A DNA stretch of 30,225 nt. Source: Promethearchaeota archaeon. Its GTDB lineage: Archaea; Asgardarchaeota; Lokiarchaeia; Sigyniarchaeales; SOKP01. The position numbers and the translations under genes are program-made. This document shows positions 1-8,699 of this stretch, in pieces. The notes under the pieces were generated by a model. That model was not told where the DNA came from, searched no databases, and saw only the letters and a program-made list of their open reading frames with translations. The stretch covers positions 1 to 30,225 of the forward strand of contig JAGXNO010000042.1 in the NCBI GenBank assembly GCA_019894975.1, read 5' to 3'. How positions within the stretch are numbered: position 1 is the stretch's first letter; every line of letters begins with the position of its first letter.

Positions 1-1
1 A

Positions 2-82
2 TTTTGCCAAACGCTCATTACTCCTGAACATAAATTCTGCACCTACTGTGGCAGCAACTTAAATGAAGAAGAAGAGACTTGA
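2..82 (+). CDS. 3' end of a zinc-ribbon-containing protein (5' part outside window)
   Basis: Frame from nt 2 reads FCQTLITPEHKFCTYCGSNLNEEEET*, stop TGA at 80-82. The C...KFCxxCG pattern is typical of C-terminal zinc ribbons. Not in the ORF track because it is truncated. Confidence 0.7.
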   Translation, partial: FCQTLITPEHKFCTYCGSNLNEEEET

Positions 83-110
83 ATTACAAAAATAAGTAGA
101 ATTCTAATTT

Positions 111-407
111 TTATCCACAGCAGTTATTACTTTGAGGATTTTTAGATCGGGCTCGAGCGTCCCACAAACACCCACATCCTTTACGTTCTTGGAGAAGGAC
201 AGCCATTGCAGGGCAATTTCTTTGACAAGCACTACATTCAGTGCATCTATCAACATCATATATCTTGAATTTGCCATTATCAGTTGATTGTGGAATTCCA
301 AAAGGGCAAACTTCTGCACAGATACCGCAACCAGTGCATAATTCTTGATCAATTGATATTTTAGGCAAACTTATTGTAATATTTATTGAAGCGGGTTTTA
401 GGACCAT
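111..407 (-). CDS. hgcB: HgcB-like 2[4Fe-4S] ferredoxin with Cys-rich C-terminal tail
   Basis: Two CxxCxxCxxxCP motifs (CTGCGICAEVCP, CTECSACQRNCP); the second resembles the HgcB C(M/I)ECGAC signature. GCGC follows the second cluster and the protein ends NNCCG, as in the HgcB GxGC...CC tail. Lies directly downstream of the hgcA-like gene. ATG at 407 chosen; GTG at 416 is possible. The symbol indicates family resemblance, not proven Hg methylation. Confidence 0.8.
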   Translation of the reverse strand: MVLKPASINITISLPKISIDQELCTGCGICAEVCPFGIPQSTDNGKFKIYDVDRCTECSACQRNCPAMAVLLQERKGCGCLWDARARSKNPQSNNCCG

Positions 408-478
408 TTTAACCACATCTTTATTTTAATAGCTCTAATAATATAATATTCTTAGCAATATTTATGTTATTCTATTAT

Positions 479-2158
479 TTAGAATAAGACAAAACCTACA
501 CTAGCCAGAATTAAACCTACTATTAATAAGGGTAGATTAATTTTTCTGAAAGTTGGATATTCTTCCTGTATTTCACCTGGACTCGTTTCCATTGAGTATC
601 CGCTAAAGCTCATTGTAAAGAAGAAAGCAAACCAGAAATACAATCCTATACTCCATAGGCTTACTATAATTGAATCATGGATAAACCAAGTTAAACCACC
701 TAAGATTATTACGTTAAGAATTCCATACACTATTCCCTTCTTAATAAAACATCGTGTAAACTTTGTTATCGGAAAAAAGAAGGCAATTAAAGCATTTGTG
801 AGAAGTATCCACAGCCAAATCTCACCGATTCTCCAAAACTTATCAATCCAAAGGGGATTAAGGAAGCTAATAGCAAAAATGAGTACTAATAATCCTATAG
901 TTGGTTTGAGGAATATTTTTCTCAGTAAAAATGTAGAATGTGTTATAAATGCCCGTAATCGGTGTGAGAGCGTAAATTTTGCCAATTTCCATTTATCTGG
1001 TTTTTTTGCAGGGCGGTCTTCTAGATAACGGGGTAAATGTTTTGCCCAAACTGGTCCATAGAGGATATTAAATGGAAAATCTGGGGATTCACTCTTTATT
1101 ATAGGTGCAGCTACCCCCCCTGCTGAGAGTTGGGGCAATATAAGAGTTTTTTTAGTTGTTACACCAGTTATCCCAGAAGCTTCAACAGCTTCAATAACCT
1201 GTTTGTTTCCAAAGTTATCTCCACGTGCTGCACACCATACATTTATACCTTTTGAGTCTACACATAATACCCAAGCATCTATTCCTTTGAGTGCTCGCAT
1301 AACTTTAATATATGTGTAAATATAATTTGCGGTAACTATAATTGGGGCCTTTTCATTTGGTTTTCCTGATTGGTAGATTCCAGGTTCAATAGGGAGATGG
1401 TCTACTTGGCCTGTAAAAATACATTTATACATTTGCATTTGACTTCGGAAACCTTTAGATTTTCTTTGAGACGGTCGATAATATCCAGGCTTATCTCGAT
1501 TTACATCGTTAATTTTTTCCAATTCAAGAGCCTTGATTGAACCGTGTCTCCATTTTTTTTCGATATTTATTTTAAATCCTATTGGCTCCATATAATCAAA
1601 AAACCATTTCACAAGTGACGTAGTTGGTATCCGAAGTCTCCTTAATTTTTTCTTGAACCACCATCGTTTTATTTTGAAAATTATTTTCCAAAATCCAGAA
1701 GGTACAAATTCGGCACCAATCAGTATTTTGCCTCCAGGTTTTAGCATTCTCCAAGAGTTTCTAAGAAAGATTTGCTGTTCAAATGGTCCGAGTTCTGAAA
1801 GCATGAATGTGCTGACAATTAGATCCATTGAGTTCTCCTCAACAGGCAATTCTTTGATAGTTCCGATTTGATATATTAATTTAACATCTTGATCAGTCGG
1901 ATAATTTTTCATAGCATTGTTAATCATTTGAAAATTCTTATCTATTGCAAGAACATTGTTTCCTTTTAACGCTATTTTAGAGGCTAGATCACCTGTACCA
2001 CAACCTACCTCCAATATAGATTGTGATGTTCCAATTCGTTCTAAAATCCAATCTTTGACTTCAATATTTACACCTTTAGTTAAAGCAGTAAATTTTTCGT
2101 CATAGGTATCTGGTTCTTGCTCTAATTTTCTCATAAAGGTTACAGCGATTTTATTCAC
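479..2158 (-). CDS. hgcA: Class I SAM-dependent methyltransferase fused to HgcA-like corrinoid-binding domain and ~5 TM helices
   Basis: aa ~1-215: ILEVGCGTG, AIDKN, DLIVSTFMLSE, LKPGGKILI (class I MTase). aa ~255-395: PGIYQSGKP..APIIVTANY..DAWVLCVDSKGINVWCAARGDNFG..LILPQLSAGGV..YGPVWA, colinear with the HgcA/CdhD-like corrinoid domain, cap-helix Cys309. C-terminus has five hydrophobic segments and FTMSFSGYSMETS, resembling HgcA NFTGSTxxTS. GTG start preceded by AGGTG. The symbol indicates family resemblance. Confidence 0.85.
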   Translation of the reverse strand: MNKIAVTFMRKLEQEPDTYDEKFTALTKGVNIEVKDWILERIGTSQSILEVGCGTGDLASKIALKGNNVLAIDKNFQMINNAMKNYPTDQDVKLIYQIGTIKELPVEENSMDLIVSTFMLSELGPFEQQIFLRNSWRMLKPGGKILIGAEFVPSGFWKIIFKIKRWWFKKKLRRLRIPTTSLVKWFFDYMEPIGFKINIEKKWRHGSIKALELEKINDVNRDKPGYYRPSQRKSKGFRSQMQMYKCIFTGQVDHLPIEPGIYQSGKPNEKAPIIVTANYIYTYIKVMRALKGIDAWVLCVDSKGINVWCAARGDNFGNKQVIEAVEASGITGVTTKKTLILPQLSAGGVAAPIIKSESPDFPFNILYGPVWAKHLPRYLEDRPAKKPDKWKLAKFTLSHRLRAFITHSTFLLRKIFLKPTIGLLVLIFAISFLNPLWIDKFWRIGEIWLWILLTNALIAFFFPITKFTRCFIKKGIVYGILNVIILGGLTWFIHDSIIVSLWSIGLYFWFAFFFTMSFSGYSMETSPGEIQEEYPTFRKINLPLLIVGLILASVGFVLF

Positions 2159-2350
2159 ACCTATTTACTATTAATTTTCAAAACTACTCTTTGAGTAATA
2201 AGATTCTATGGTTCTTAATTTTTTTCTGTAGTAATTAAGTATAGATCATTTTTGTTAAAAATTGGACTCCTTTTATCTTAATATAGGTTTTATATATAAA
2301 AGATGTAGAATTCTAATAAATTAAAAAATTTCAAGAAAAGGTATATAAAA

Positions 2351-2932
2351 ATGAGTGAAGAAGTAAGTGATAATACATTTTGGAAAGGAACTCTTCGAAA
2401 ACATAAGAATGCTCTAATTATAATGATTATAGCTGGAATATGCTTATTCATTGGAGCAATTTTAGTTGGGATTTGGGTATTAGAGGCAAACCCTTTTGTA
2501 GATCCACGTACCGGTACCTTTAACGATTGGACGCTTAATTATGTTGTTGGATTCATGATACTCATAATTCTATGGGAATTATTGTTAATTGGATTACCCG
2601 CAGCTATATTCTTTGGTGTTGGAGGATACTTATGGTGGAAGGGATTACCAGAAGAAGAAAAGAAAGAACACAAGGAACGAGAGAAAAAAAAGAAATCCCA
2701 TAAAGCAGAAAAATATGGTGGTGGTGGCGGGGGATTTAGTTTCGTTATGTTTATCGCATTTTGTATCTATATCGCAGTGCAAGGGAATTATAACGCCACA
2801 TTTGGCTCTGAACCGTACACATATTGGCTATATTCATATATGTTAACATTTATGTGGATTGTTATCGTTCTTGGGACACCTTGTTTAATCGCTTTTATTA
2901 TCTGGTATTTAGTAAAAGGAAGAAAAAAATAA
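2351..2932 (+). CDS. Hypothetical membrane protein (~4 TM) with charged loop and Gly6 tract
   Basis: 193-aa ATG ORF with four hydrophobic segments and a central EEEKKEHKEREKKKK...YGGGGGGF loop. TTTATATA TATA-like box near 2288-2296. Confidence 0.75.
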   Translation: MSEEVSDNTFWKGTLRKHKNALIIMIIAGICLFIGAILVGIWVLEANPFVDPRTGTFNDWTLNYVVGFMILIILWELLLIGLPAAIFFGVGGYLWWKGLPEEEKKEHKEREKKKKSHKAEKYGGGGGGFSFVMFIAFCIYIAVQGNYNATFGSEPYTYWLYSYMLTFMWIVIVLGTPCLIAFIIWYLVKGRKK

Positions 2933-2962
2933 GAATTAAAAAAAAAATTCATTTCTTTTTTT
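2933..2962. terminator. Probable bidirectional oligo-T terminator region between convergent genes
   Basis: A10 run (2938-2947, a T-tract on the minus strand) and a T-rich run (2952-2962) in the short gap between convergent stops. Archaeal intrinsic terminators are T-tracts. Confidence 0.4.
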
Positions 2963-5207
2963 ATATTTTTGGTTTAAAAATCTTTTTATCTATTAAATTA
3001 AGTACAGTCTCAGCGTCCTTAATTTGAAAGCCCTTTTTAGCGTAAAGTAAATAGGAGAGGAAAAAATAATCCGTCTTCCTCATTTTCATTACTTCTTCTG
3101 CTCTAATAATTAATGTTTTTTCGTCTGAGGATATTTTTACATTTTGAGTTTTTAATTCTAATGGATATATTAATGAAGTTTCTAAATGTATATCAAGTAA
3201 ATTTTTAATTCCACTAAACTTAGAGATTTCTCCTGTAAAATTTGCTAGGTCTTCACCATATTCACCATCAATATCATATGATAAGGATTTAATCGAGTCT
3301 AAGAAGTCTTGAGAAGGATTATCTTTCATTATAAGTAAAATTCTAAAATCTTTAAATTCAGACATTATTATTTTAGATTCAAGATATTCTAGTTTTATTG
3401 TTTGAGATTGTTCATTGGCGCCTGTTAATTCTATGCCAAAATTACGAATAGCTTCTAAAAATCCCGTAATGAGTGAAGCATCAATATCTTTCCCTGCAAG
3501 TAACTGTTCATAAATATTAAGCCCTGTGTTTTTTTCAATAATTATAAAATAATCTAAATTTAAAACATCCATGTATTTATTATAGATTTTCTGTCTGAAT
3601 TCCTGATGTTTCGTTTTCGATCTTTTTACAAGTTTATACGATATAAAACTAGCCCCTGCTAAAAGAACCGAGCCCACAACAATAATAACAATATAGAGTG
3701 GATCTAAAACAAATGGGACATTAACTTGAAAATCCTGAGACTTGATTCCTGCATTTTCCCCATCAAACCAATAAACATAAGCCCAATAAATTCCCTTGTT
3801 TGGGTTAGATGACAATGTATGAGCTAGAACAATTTCGCTTGTCGTAGTTACGGCAATCTCTACTGTTTCTCGATATTCTTCAAACCCTAAAGAATTTATT
3901 AACACATATGTAAGATTTCCAGGATTAATTGGGGGTAACACAGAAAATTCCAAATCCTGATCGGGTTCGAATTTAAGTTTTGGCGTTTTTAATGATAAAA
4001 CCACATTGGGTGAATTAGCATTTATTTCCCAAGAAGCCCCATCAATAAGAACATCATTTGGAATCACTAAGTACTCATCTAAAATGTTAATGGTAACATT
4101 AGGTGTAATGTCCACTCCATTTCTTTTTACTGAAAAGTTATACCATGAGGTAGGATAATTAAATTTGACAGTATAATTTTGGTGAATCTTAGTAAAATCA
4201 GGAGTTAACAACCAGCTATTTGCTGAATTATCTCTAAGTTCCAATTGACCATCAGAAAAGAAATGATTAACTAACTTAACTTGATAACTCAGATTGAAAA
4301 TTAAGCCAATAGATCGATTATTTCCAATTTCAATATTAAAATCTGTAGCATTTGGAGTAATAACATCATTAATTGTAAGATTTCCTGTACCTTTGCTGGG
4401 TCCATCTAAAATAGGGTATGAAGATCCATTAAGTTCAGCAGTCATGTTAACTTCTTCAGGGTTGAAAGATCGATTTACTCGTTGAATTAACTTATATAAT
4501 AGTGGCTTTCCAATATCATCTTGCTTCCATTCACCGTCATACACAGCTGTATGCAGATTTATGTTGTAAGATCCACTCGCATTATAAAACCAATTGTAGG
4601 TTGATTTATCTGTCGGAAACAATTCAGAACCATTTATTGCTAAATAATAACTTCCTGTAGTAAGCGAGATCTCTTCTTCAAATGTTTGTAGATGCCATTC
4701 AGGGCTGGATATATTTATTAAAGTGTTCGCTAAAATGTTTCCATCCGGAGCATCAGTACCTCCATCAAAACCTTGAATTTGAACATACACTGGAAAGACA
4801 GGAGTTCCTGTAATGTATCCATAAATATAAACACCAAATATAATTGTAGGTTCTGTAATATTGATTTCTACACCATAACCTAATTTTCCTCTGGGATCAA
4901 TTGTGTGAATGGCTTGTCCTTTATCTTCAACAGTTTTAACTTCTTCACCTAATTTAATGTCGCTGATATTCAATTGGATGTTTGTAATATTCCAACTCTC
5001 TGAAGGAAGGGATAGACTAATTGAACTTACACTAGTTTGATTATCTATATTTTCTGTCATTTCAGTCATTCGAGAACTAGTTGAAACTATAATTGTTTCA
5101 TCATGTCCCTGGGCATAAGAAATATTAATTAATTGAACAAGGCTTATAAACGCGATCGTTGTTAGAAAAAAGCTAATTATTAGCAAAGAATGATTAATTT
5201 TTCTCAT
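2961..5207 (-). CDS. Single-pass membrane protein: large ectodomain, TM, cytoplasmic longin-like domain (paralog B)
   Basis: N-terminal hydrophobic signal/anchor, a beta-rich ectodomain with about 18 N-x-S/T sequons, TM (LYIVIIVVGSVLLAGASFISY), then IIEKNTGLNIYEQ...DASLITGFLEAIRNFGIEL...IKLEY...IIMSEF...RILLIM, a longin-like pattern. ATG at 5207 preferred over TTG at 5231. Confidence 0.75.
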   Translation of the reverse strand: MRKINHSLLIISFFLTTIAFISLVQLINISYAQGHDETIIVSTSSRMTEMTENIDNQTSVSSISLSLPSESWNITNIQLNISDIKLGEEVKTVEDKGQAIHTIDPRGKLGYGVEINITEPTIIFGVYIYGYITGTPVFPVYVQIQGFDGGTDAPDGNILANTLINISSPEWHLQTFEEEISLTTGSYYLAINGSELFPTDKSTYNWFYNASGSYNINLHTAVYDGEWKQDDIGKPLLYKLIQRVNRSFNPEEVNMTAELNGSSYPILDGPSKGTGNLTINDVITPNATDFNIEIGNNRSIGLIFNLSYQVKLVNHFFSDGQLELRDNSANSWLLTPDFTKIHQNYTVKFNYPTSWYNFSVKRNGVDITPNVTINILDEYLVIPNDVLIDGASWEINANSPNVVLSLKTPKLKFEPDQDLEFSVLPPINPGNLTYVLINSLGFEEYRETVEIAVTTTSEIVLAHTLSSNPNKGIYWAYVYWFDGENAGIKSQDFQVNVPFVLDPLYIVIIVVGSVLLAGASFISYKLVKRSKTKHQEFRQKIYNKYMDVLNLDYFIIIEKNTGLNIYEQLLAGKDIDASLITGFLEAIRNFGIELTGANEQSQTIKLEYLESKIIMSEFKDFRILLIMKDNPSQDFLDSIKSLSYDIDGEYGEDLANFTGEISKFSGIKNLLDIHLETSLIYPLELKTQNVKISSDEKTLIIRAEEVMKMRKTDYFFLSYLLYAKKGFQIKDAETVLNLIDKKIFKPKI

Positions 5208-5329
5208 TATTTCCTTAATGACAACCTGCAAATATAAATATGATTGATATAGGATATCGAAATACTAATCACGTTCAAAATTAGAAAATTTCAATGAAAA
5301 TTTTGTTGATTTAAATAAAATATAATTTT

Positions 5330-7615
5330 CTAAATTAATTGGAATATCTTTTTTTCGATTAATTTAAATATAACTTCTACGTCTTTTGGGCTACATTCTT
5401 TTCCAGGCAATAATGATTTTATAAGAAAATGGTCTTGATTATTAGTTTTCATCCATGATACTGCTTTATTGATATAAAATCTTTCATTTTGTGTGATTCT
5501 TAGTTTGTCGAGTTTCTCAACAGGAGTAATTTTTAACGGATATATGAAAGCTACATTTAAATGTTGTTTAAGTAAATTCTCAACTGATTGGAACTTTTTA
5601 ACATCCCCATTAAAAGATTCTAGCATTGTTCCATAATTTTTATATACATCATAGGTTAATTCTTCAATCGAATACAAAAAGAACCTGGAGGGTCTTTCTT
5701 TCATTATTAGGATTAGTCTGACATTAATGAACTCGCTCATTAATACTATGGAATCTTTGTATTCTAGTTTAATTATCTGTGATTGATCTTCAACCTTGAT
5801 TAATTCAATTCCAAATGAATGTATTGCTTGTAAAAATCCGGATATTAAAGCTGCATCGATTTTTTTCTCCGTGTAATTTTGAGTATAAACATTTAACCCC
5901 GATCTTTTGTCTGACACCATTATATAATCAAGATTCAAGATGTCTATACATGAGTTAAATAATTTTTGTTTTTTTTCAATTTGTTTGTTTCTATATGATC
6001 TTACTGTTCGATATGACATAATACCTGCAATAGAGACTCCAATTATACTAATTATTATAACCGCAATCATCCATGGTTCTAATGTAAATGGAACGGGGGG
6101 AATAGATATTTGAAATTCCTGACTCGCCACCCCAATATCTGTATGATTATACCAATACACTTTTGCTGAATATGTTCCTTCAGTCCAATTTACGGGGATT
6201 TCGTATGAGAAAAAGTGTAGCCCTGAGACAGATTCTTCTACTTTAATTAATTCTGCTTTACCACTCGGTTTTATTATATAAAAAGTAAGATTACCTTGAG
6301 TGCTCGGAGCGTCAACAGAAAATTCTAATTCATCTCCACGTTTCCATACCGTAATTGTCATTTCTAAATTAAGATTAATGTTTGGTGAATATGAGTCTAT
6401 TTTCCATTCAGCTCCCTCTACTATAGTTCCATTAGGAATATTAATAGAATTATTAATCATATCAATGTTTACTAATGAGGTTACATTTTCCCATGGTCCA
6501 CTCAATTTTCTATATATAGTAAAATTATACCAATCGTTTGGAATCTCAAATTGTATAGAGTAGTTTTGAGAAATTCTATTGATTACTGGTGACATCGACC
6601 AAAAATTATACGAGTCTTCAGGTGTTGCAAGGGCTTCAGTTGTGAATGAATTTTTTAATTTAAGAGAATAATTATAATTGAATTTTAAGGTTACTGATCT
6701 ATTAATTATGATTGTAAGATCAAAATTGATTCCTTCCTGAAAATGATCCAGGTCACTAATTTCTAAAGATCCTGTACCAATAACTGATCCGTTAGTTATT
6801 TCAAAATTATCTCCATTGATTTCAGCCGTCATGTTTAGATCTGAAGGAAAATAACTTCGAGCAACTTTTTGATTTAATTTACAGAGAAAACTTGAATTTA
6901 TGGCTCCCGTACTCCAAGAAGTTATAAATGAAGATGTATGTAAAAATGGATTTTGAGGATCAAAATCATCTATTTGCCAATAATATTTTGCTTCTGTATT
7001 TAAGGGTAAATCAGTCCCATTCATCACTAGAGAATAATTTCCAGCCGGAAGTGTTATTGAGTTTAATGAAAAGTCTTGATAATACCAATCCAAATTGACA
7101 GAAATATTTAAATCTATAGATCTATAAATTGTATTGTTAGGACTCTGATTCCCTTCATCATATCCTTGTATTTGGAATTTAATAGTCTCGGTTGCTTGCG
7201 GGGTTTTATATGCTTTTATATAAACTCCAAATAATTCAGTGGGTTCCAAGATTTCAAACTGGGTACCTAAGGCAAATGTTCTAAATGTAGGATTTTTATT
7301 AATTACCAAATCCAGCCCTGTTTCACTGTCTTCAATCGTTTTGATTTCATTTCCAAGTCTTATATCAGTAAAGTTAATTTGTATGTCTGTGACTGTCCAA
7401 TTTTCTTCTGGGAGCGGAATATTTAATTCACTAACATTTGTTTTTATTCCTTCAATTTCCGAATATTCATTAAATTCTAAATTCGAAGAAAAAGATATAG
7501 GCTCACCATTAGTTTGAGCATAAGAGAATGGTAGGAATTGAATTAGACTAATTACAAGAAATATAAAAATAAATAATGCAACTAATTCTCGTTTAATCTT
7601 TACAAAATTTACCAT
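5330..7615 (-). CDS. Single-pass membrane protein: large ectodomain, TM, cytoplasmic longin-like domain (paralog A)
   Basis: Same architecture as 2961-5207, with shared blocks (DIRLGNEIKTIED/DIKLGEEVKTVED, NMTAEING/NMTAELNG, LISGFLQAIHSFGIEL/LITGFLEAIRNFGIEL). About 21 sequons counted in the ectodomain. Confidence 0.75.
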   Translation of the reverse strand: MVNFVKIKRELVALFIFIFLVISLIQFLPFSYAQTNGEPISFSSNLEFNEYSEIEGIKTNVSELNIPLPEENWTVTDIQINFTDIRLGNEIKTIEDSETGLDLVINKNPTFRTFALGTQFEILEPTELFGVYIKAYKTPQATETIKFQIQGYDEGNQSPNNTIYRSIDLNISVNLDWYYQDFSLNSITLPAGNYSLVMNGTDLPLNTEAKYYWQIDDFDPQNPFLHTSSFITSWSTGAINSSFLCKLNQKVARSYFPSDLNMTAEINGDNFEITNGSVIGTGSLEISDLDHFQEGINFDLTIIINRSVTLKFNYNYSLKLKNSFTTEALATPEDSYNFWSMSPVINRISQNYSIQFEIPNDWYNFTIYRKLSGPWENVTSLVNIDMINNSINIPNGTIVEGAEWKIDSYSPNINLNLEMTITVWKRGDELEFSVDAPSTQGNLTFYIIKPSGKAELIKVEESVSGLHFFSYEIPVNWTEGTYSAKVYWYNHTDIGVASQEFQISIPPVPFTLEPWMIAVIIISIIGVSIAGIMSYRTVRSYRNKQIEKKQKLFNSCIDILNLDYIMVSDKRSGLNVYTQNYTEKKIDAALISGFLQAIHSFGIELIKVEDQSQIIKLEYKDSIVLMSEFINVRLILIMKERPSRFFLYSIEELTYDVYKNYGTMLESFNGDVKKFQSVENLLKQHLNVAFIYPLKITPVEKLDKLRITQNERFYINKAVSWMKTNNQDHFLIKSLLPGKECSPKDVEVIFKLIEKKIFQLI

Positions 7616-7896
7616 GCAAAACCCTTAGATATTAATTACTAAATCGAATTATTAAATTTATTCGACCTGTCTTTAAATAATTAATTGTACTAAAATATTT
7701 AACATTTCTGTTCTAAAATAAGGATTTTTTTTTTTATGTTCCTACTATTCTTTTTGGAAAATAAGTCTGAACTCTAAGATTTTTATGTAAAATGCATCAA
7801 CAAGTTCAAATCTCTTCTTCATATTCCAATGGTTATTTCTATCTAAATTCAATACAAAAAAAAAGTTAGTAAAAAATAAATCTTGAATTCTTAGGA

Positions 7897-8481
7897 TTAA
7901 ATTGCTAGTTTTTGAAGTAAAAACGCAAAATTTTTCCCTAAATTCTGAAATGTAAGCTTTCCTTCTGCATCTTTATCCATATCTTGAGCATTCATCACGT
8001 TAGGATTTACCCCAAGGTTCCAATAACTAGAACCAACAATGAACATATTATTTATCCCAAAGAAGTAGTTAATACTTGAATAAACATGAGTTGCTCCAGC
8101 TCGTCTTACGGAAACTACTGCAGCGCCAGCTTTATGTTTTAAAAGGTCTCCATTGACTTTACTTACAAGTCCTGCTCTCTCGATTAAAGCCTTCATTCTT
8201 GCAGGAGTGTCGGCAAAATAAGTGGGTGCCCCGAGGATAATACCATCTGCTTCAATCATTTTCCCTAAATATTCGTTTAATTTATCAGTTTTAACAGCAC
8301 ATTCCTTGTCCCTATTCTGTGTGCAGCGATAACAAGAGATACACCCTTGAATTTTATCCATCCCCATCCATATATATTCCACATCAACTCCCGCTGCCTT
8401 CAGTTCATTCATCACTATATCCAAACAAAAACGTGTGTTCCCATTCTCTCTTGGACTTCCATTAAATACAATAACTTTCAT
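7897..8481 (-). CDS. Iron-sulfur flavoprotein (Isf)/NADPH-dependent FMN reductase family flavodoxin-like protein
   Basis: N-terminal NGSPRENGNT phosphate loop, compact CxxCxxCx7C motif (CISCYRCTQNRDKEC), ADGIILGAPTYF, RRAGA and GSSYWN motifs. Confidence 0.9.
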   Translation of the reverse strand: MKVIVFNGSPRENGNTRFCLDIVMNELKAAGVDVEYIWMGMDKIQGCISCYRCTQNRDKECAVKTDKLNEYLGKMIEADGIILGAPTYFADTPARMKALIERAGLVSKVNGDLLKHKAGAAVVSVRRAGATHVYSSINYFFGINNMFIVGSSYWNLGVNPNVMNAQDMDKDAEGKLTFQNLGKNFAFLLQKLAI

Positions 8482-8699
8482 AATTTTAACCTAAAAGAAT
8501 TTAACATACAAATTATTTTTGAATAATTGATGTATCGCTTTTAATTTTTATGTTAATAAAAAATCTATAAGAAGAAGTTTATTTTGGTGTTTTTCTATTG
8601 GTTTGTATGGTTTATTGGAATACTAATTTGTCTAATTGTAGTAATCTTATACAAAATCCATAAAATTGAATTAAGATTCTTTTCCGTCTCATGTCATGA

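Noticed and set aside
479-1400. Corrinoid domain as ordinary CdhD/CdhE of the Wood-Ljungdahl complex
   Set aside because: It has the cap-helix WC motif, C-terminal TM helices and an HgcB-like neighbour, with no TIM-barrel/Fe-S domain and no cdh genes nearby.
1514-2158. Fused MTase domain as ArsM arsenite methyltransferase
   Set aside because: Its only Cys is in GCGTG; the multiple As-binding cysteines of ArsM are absent.
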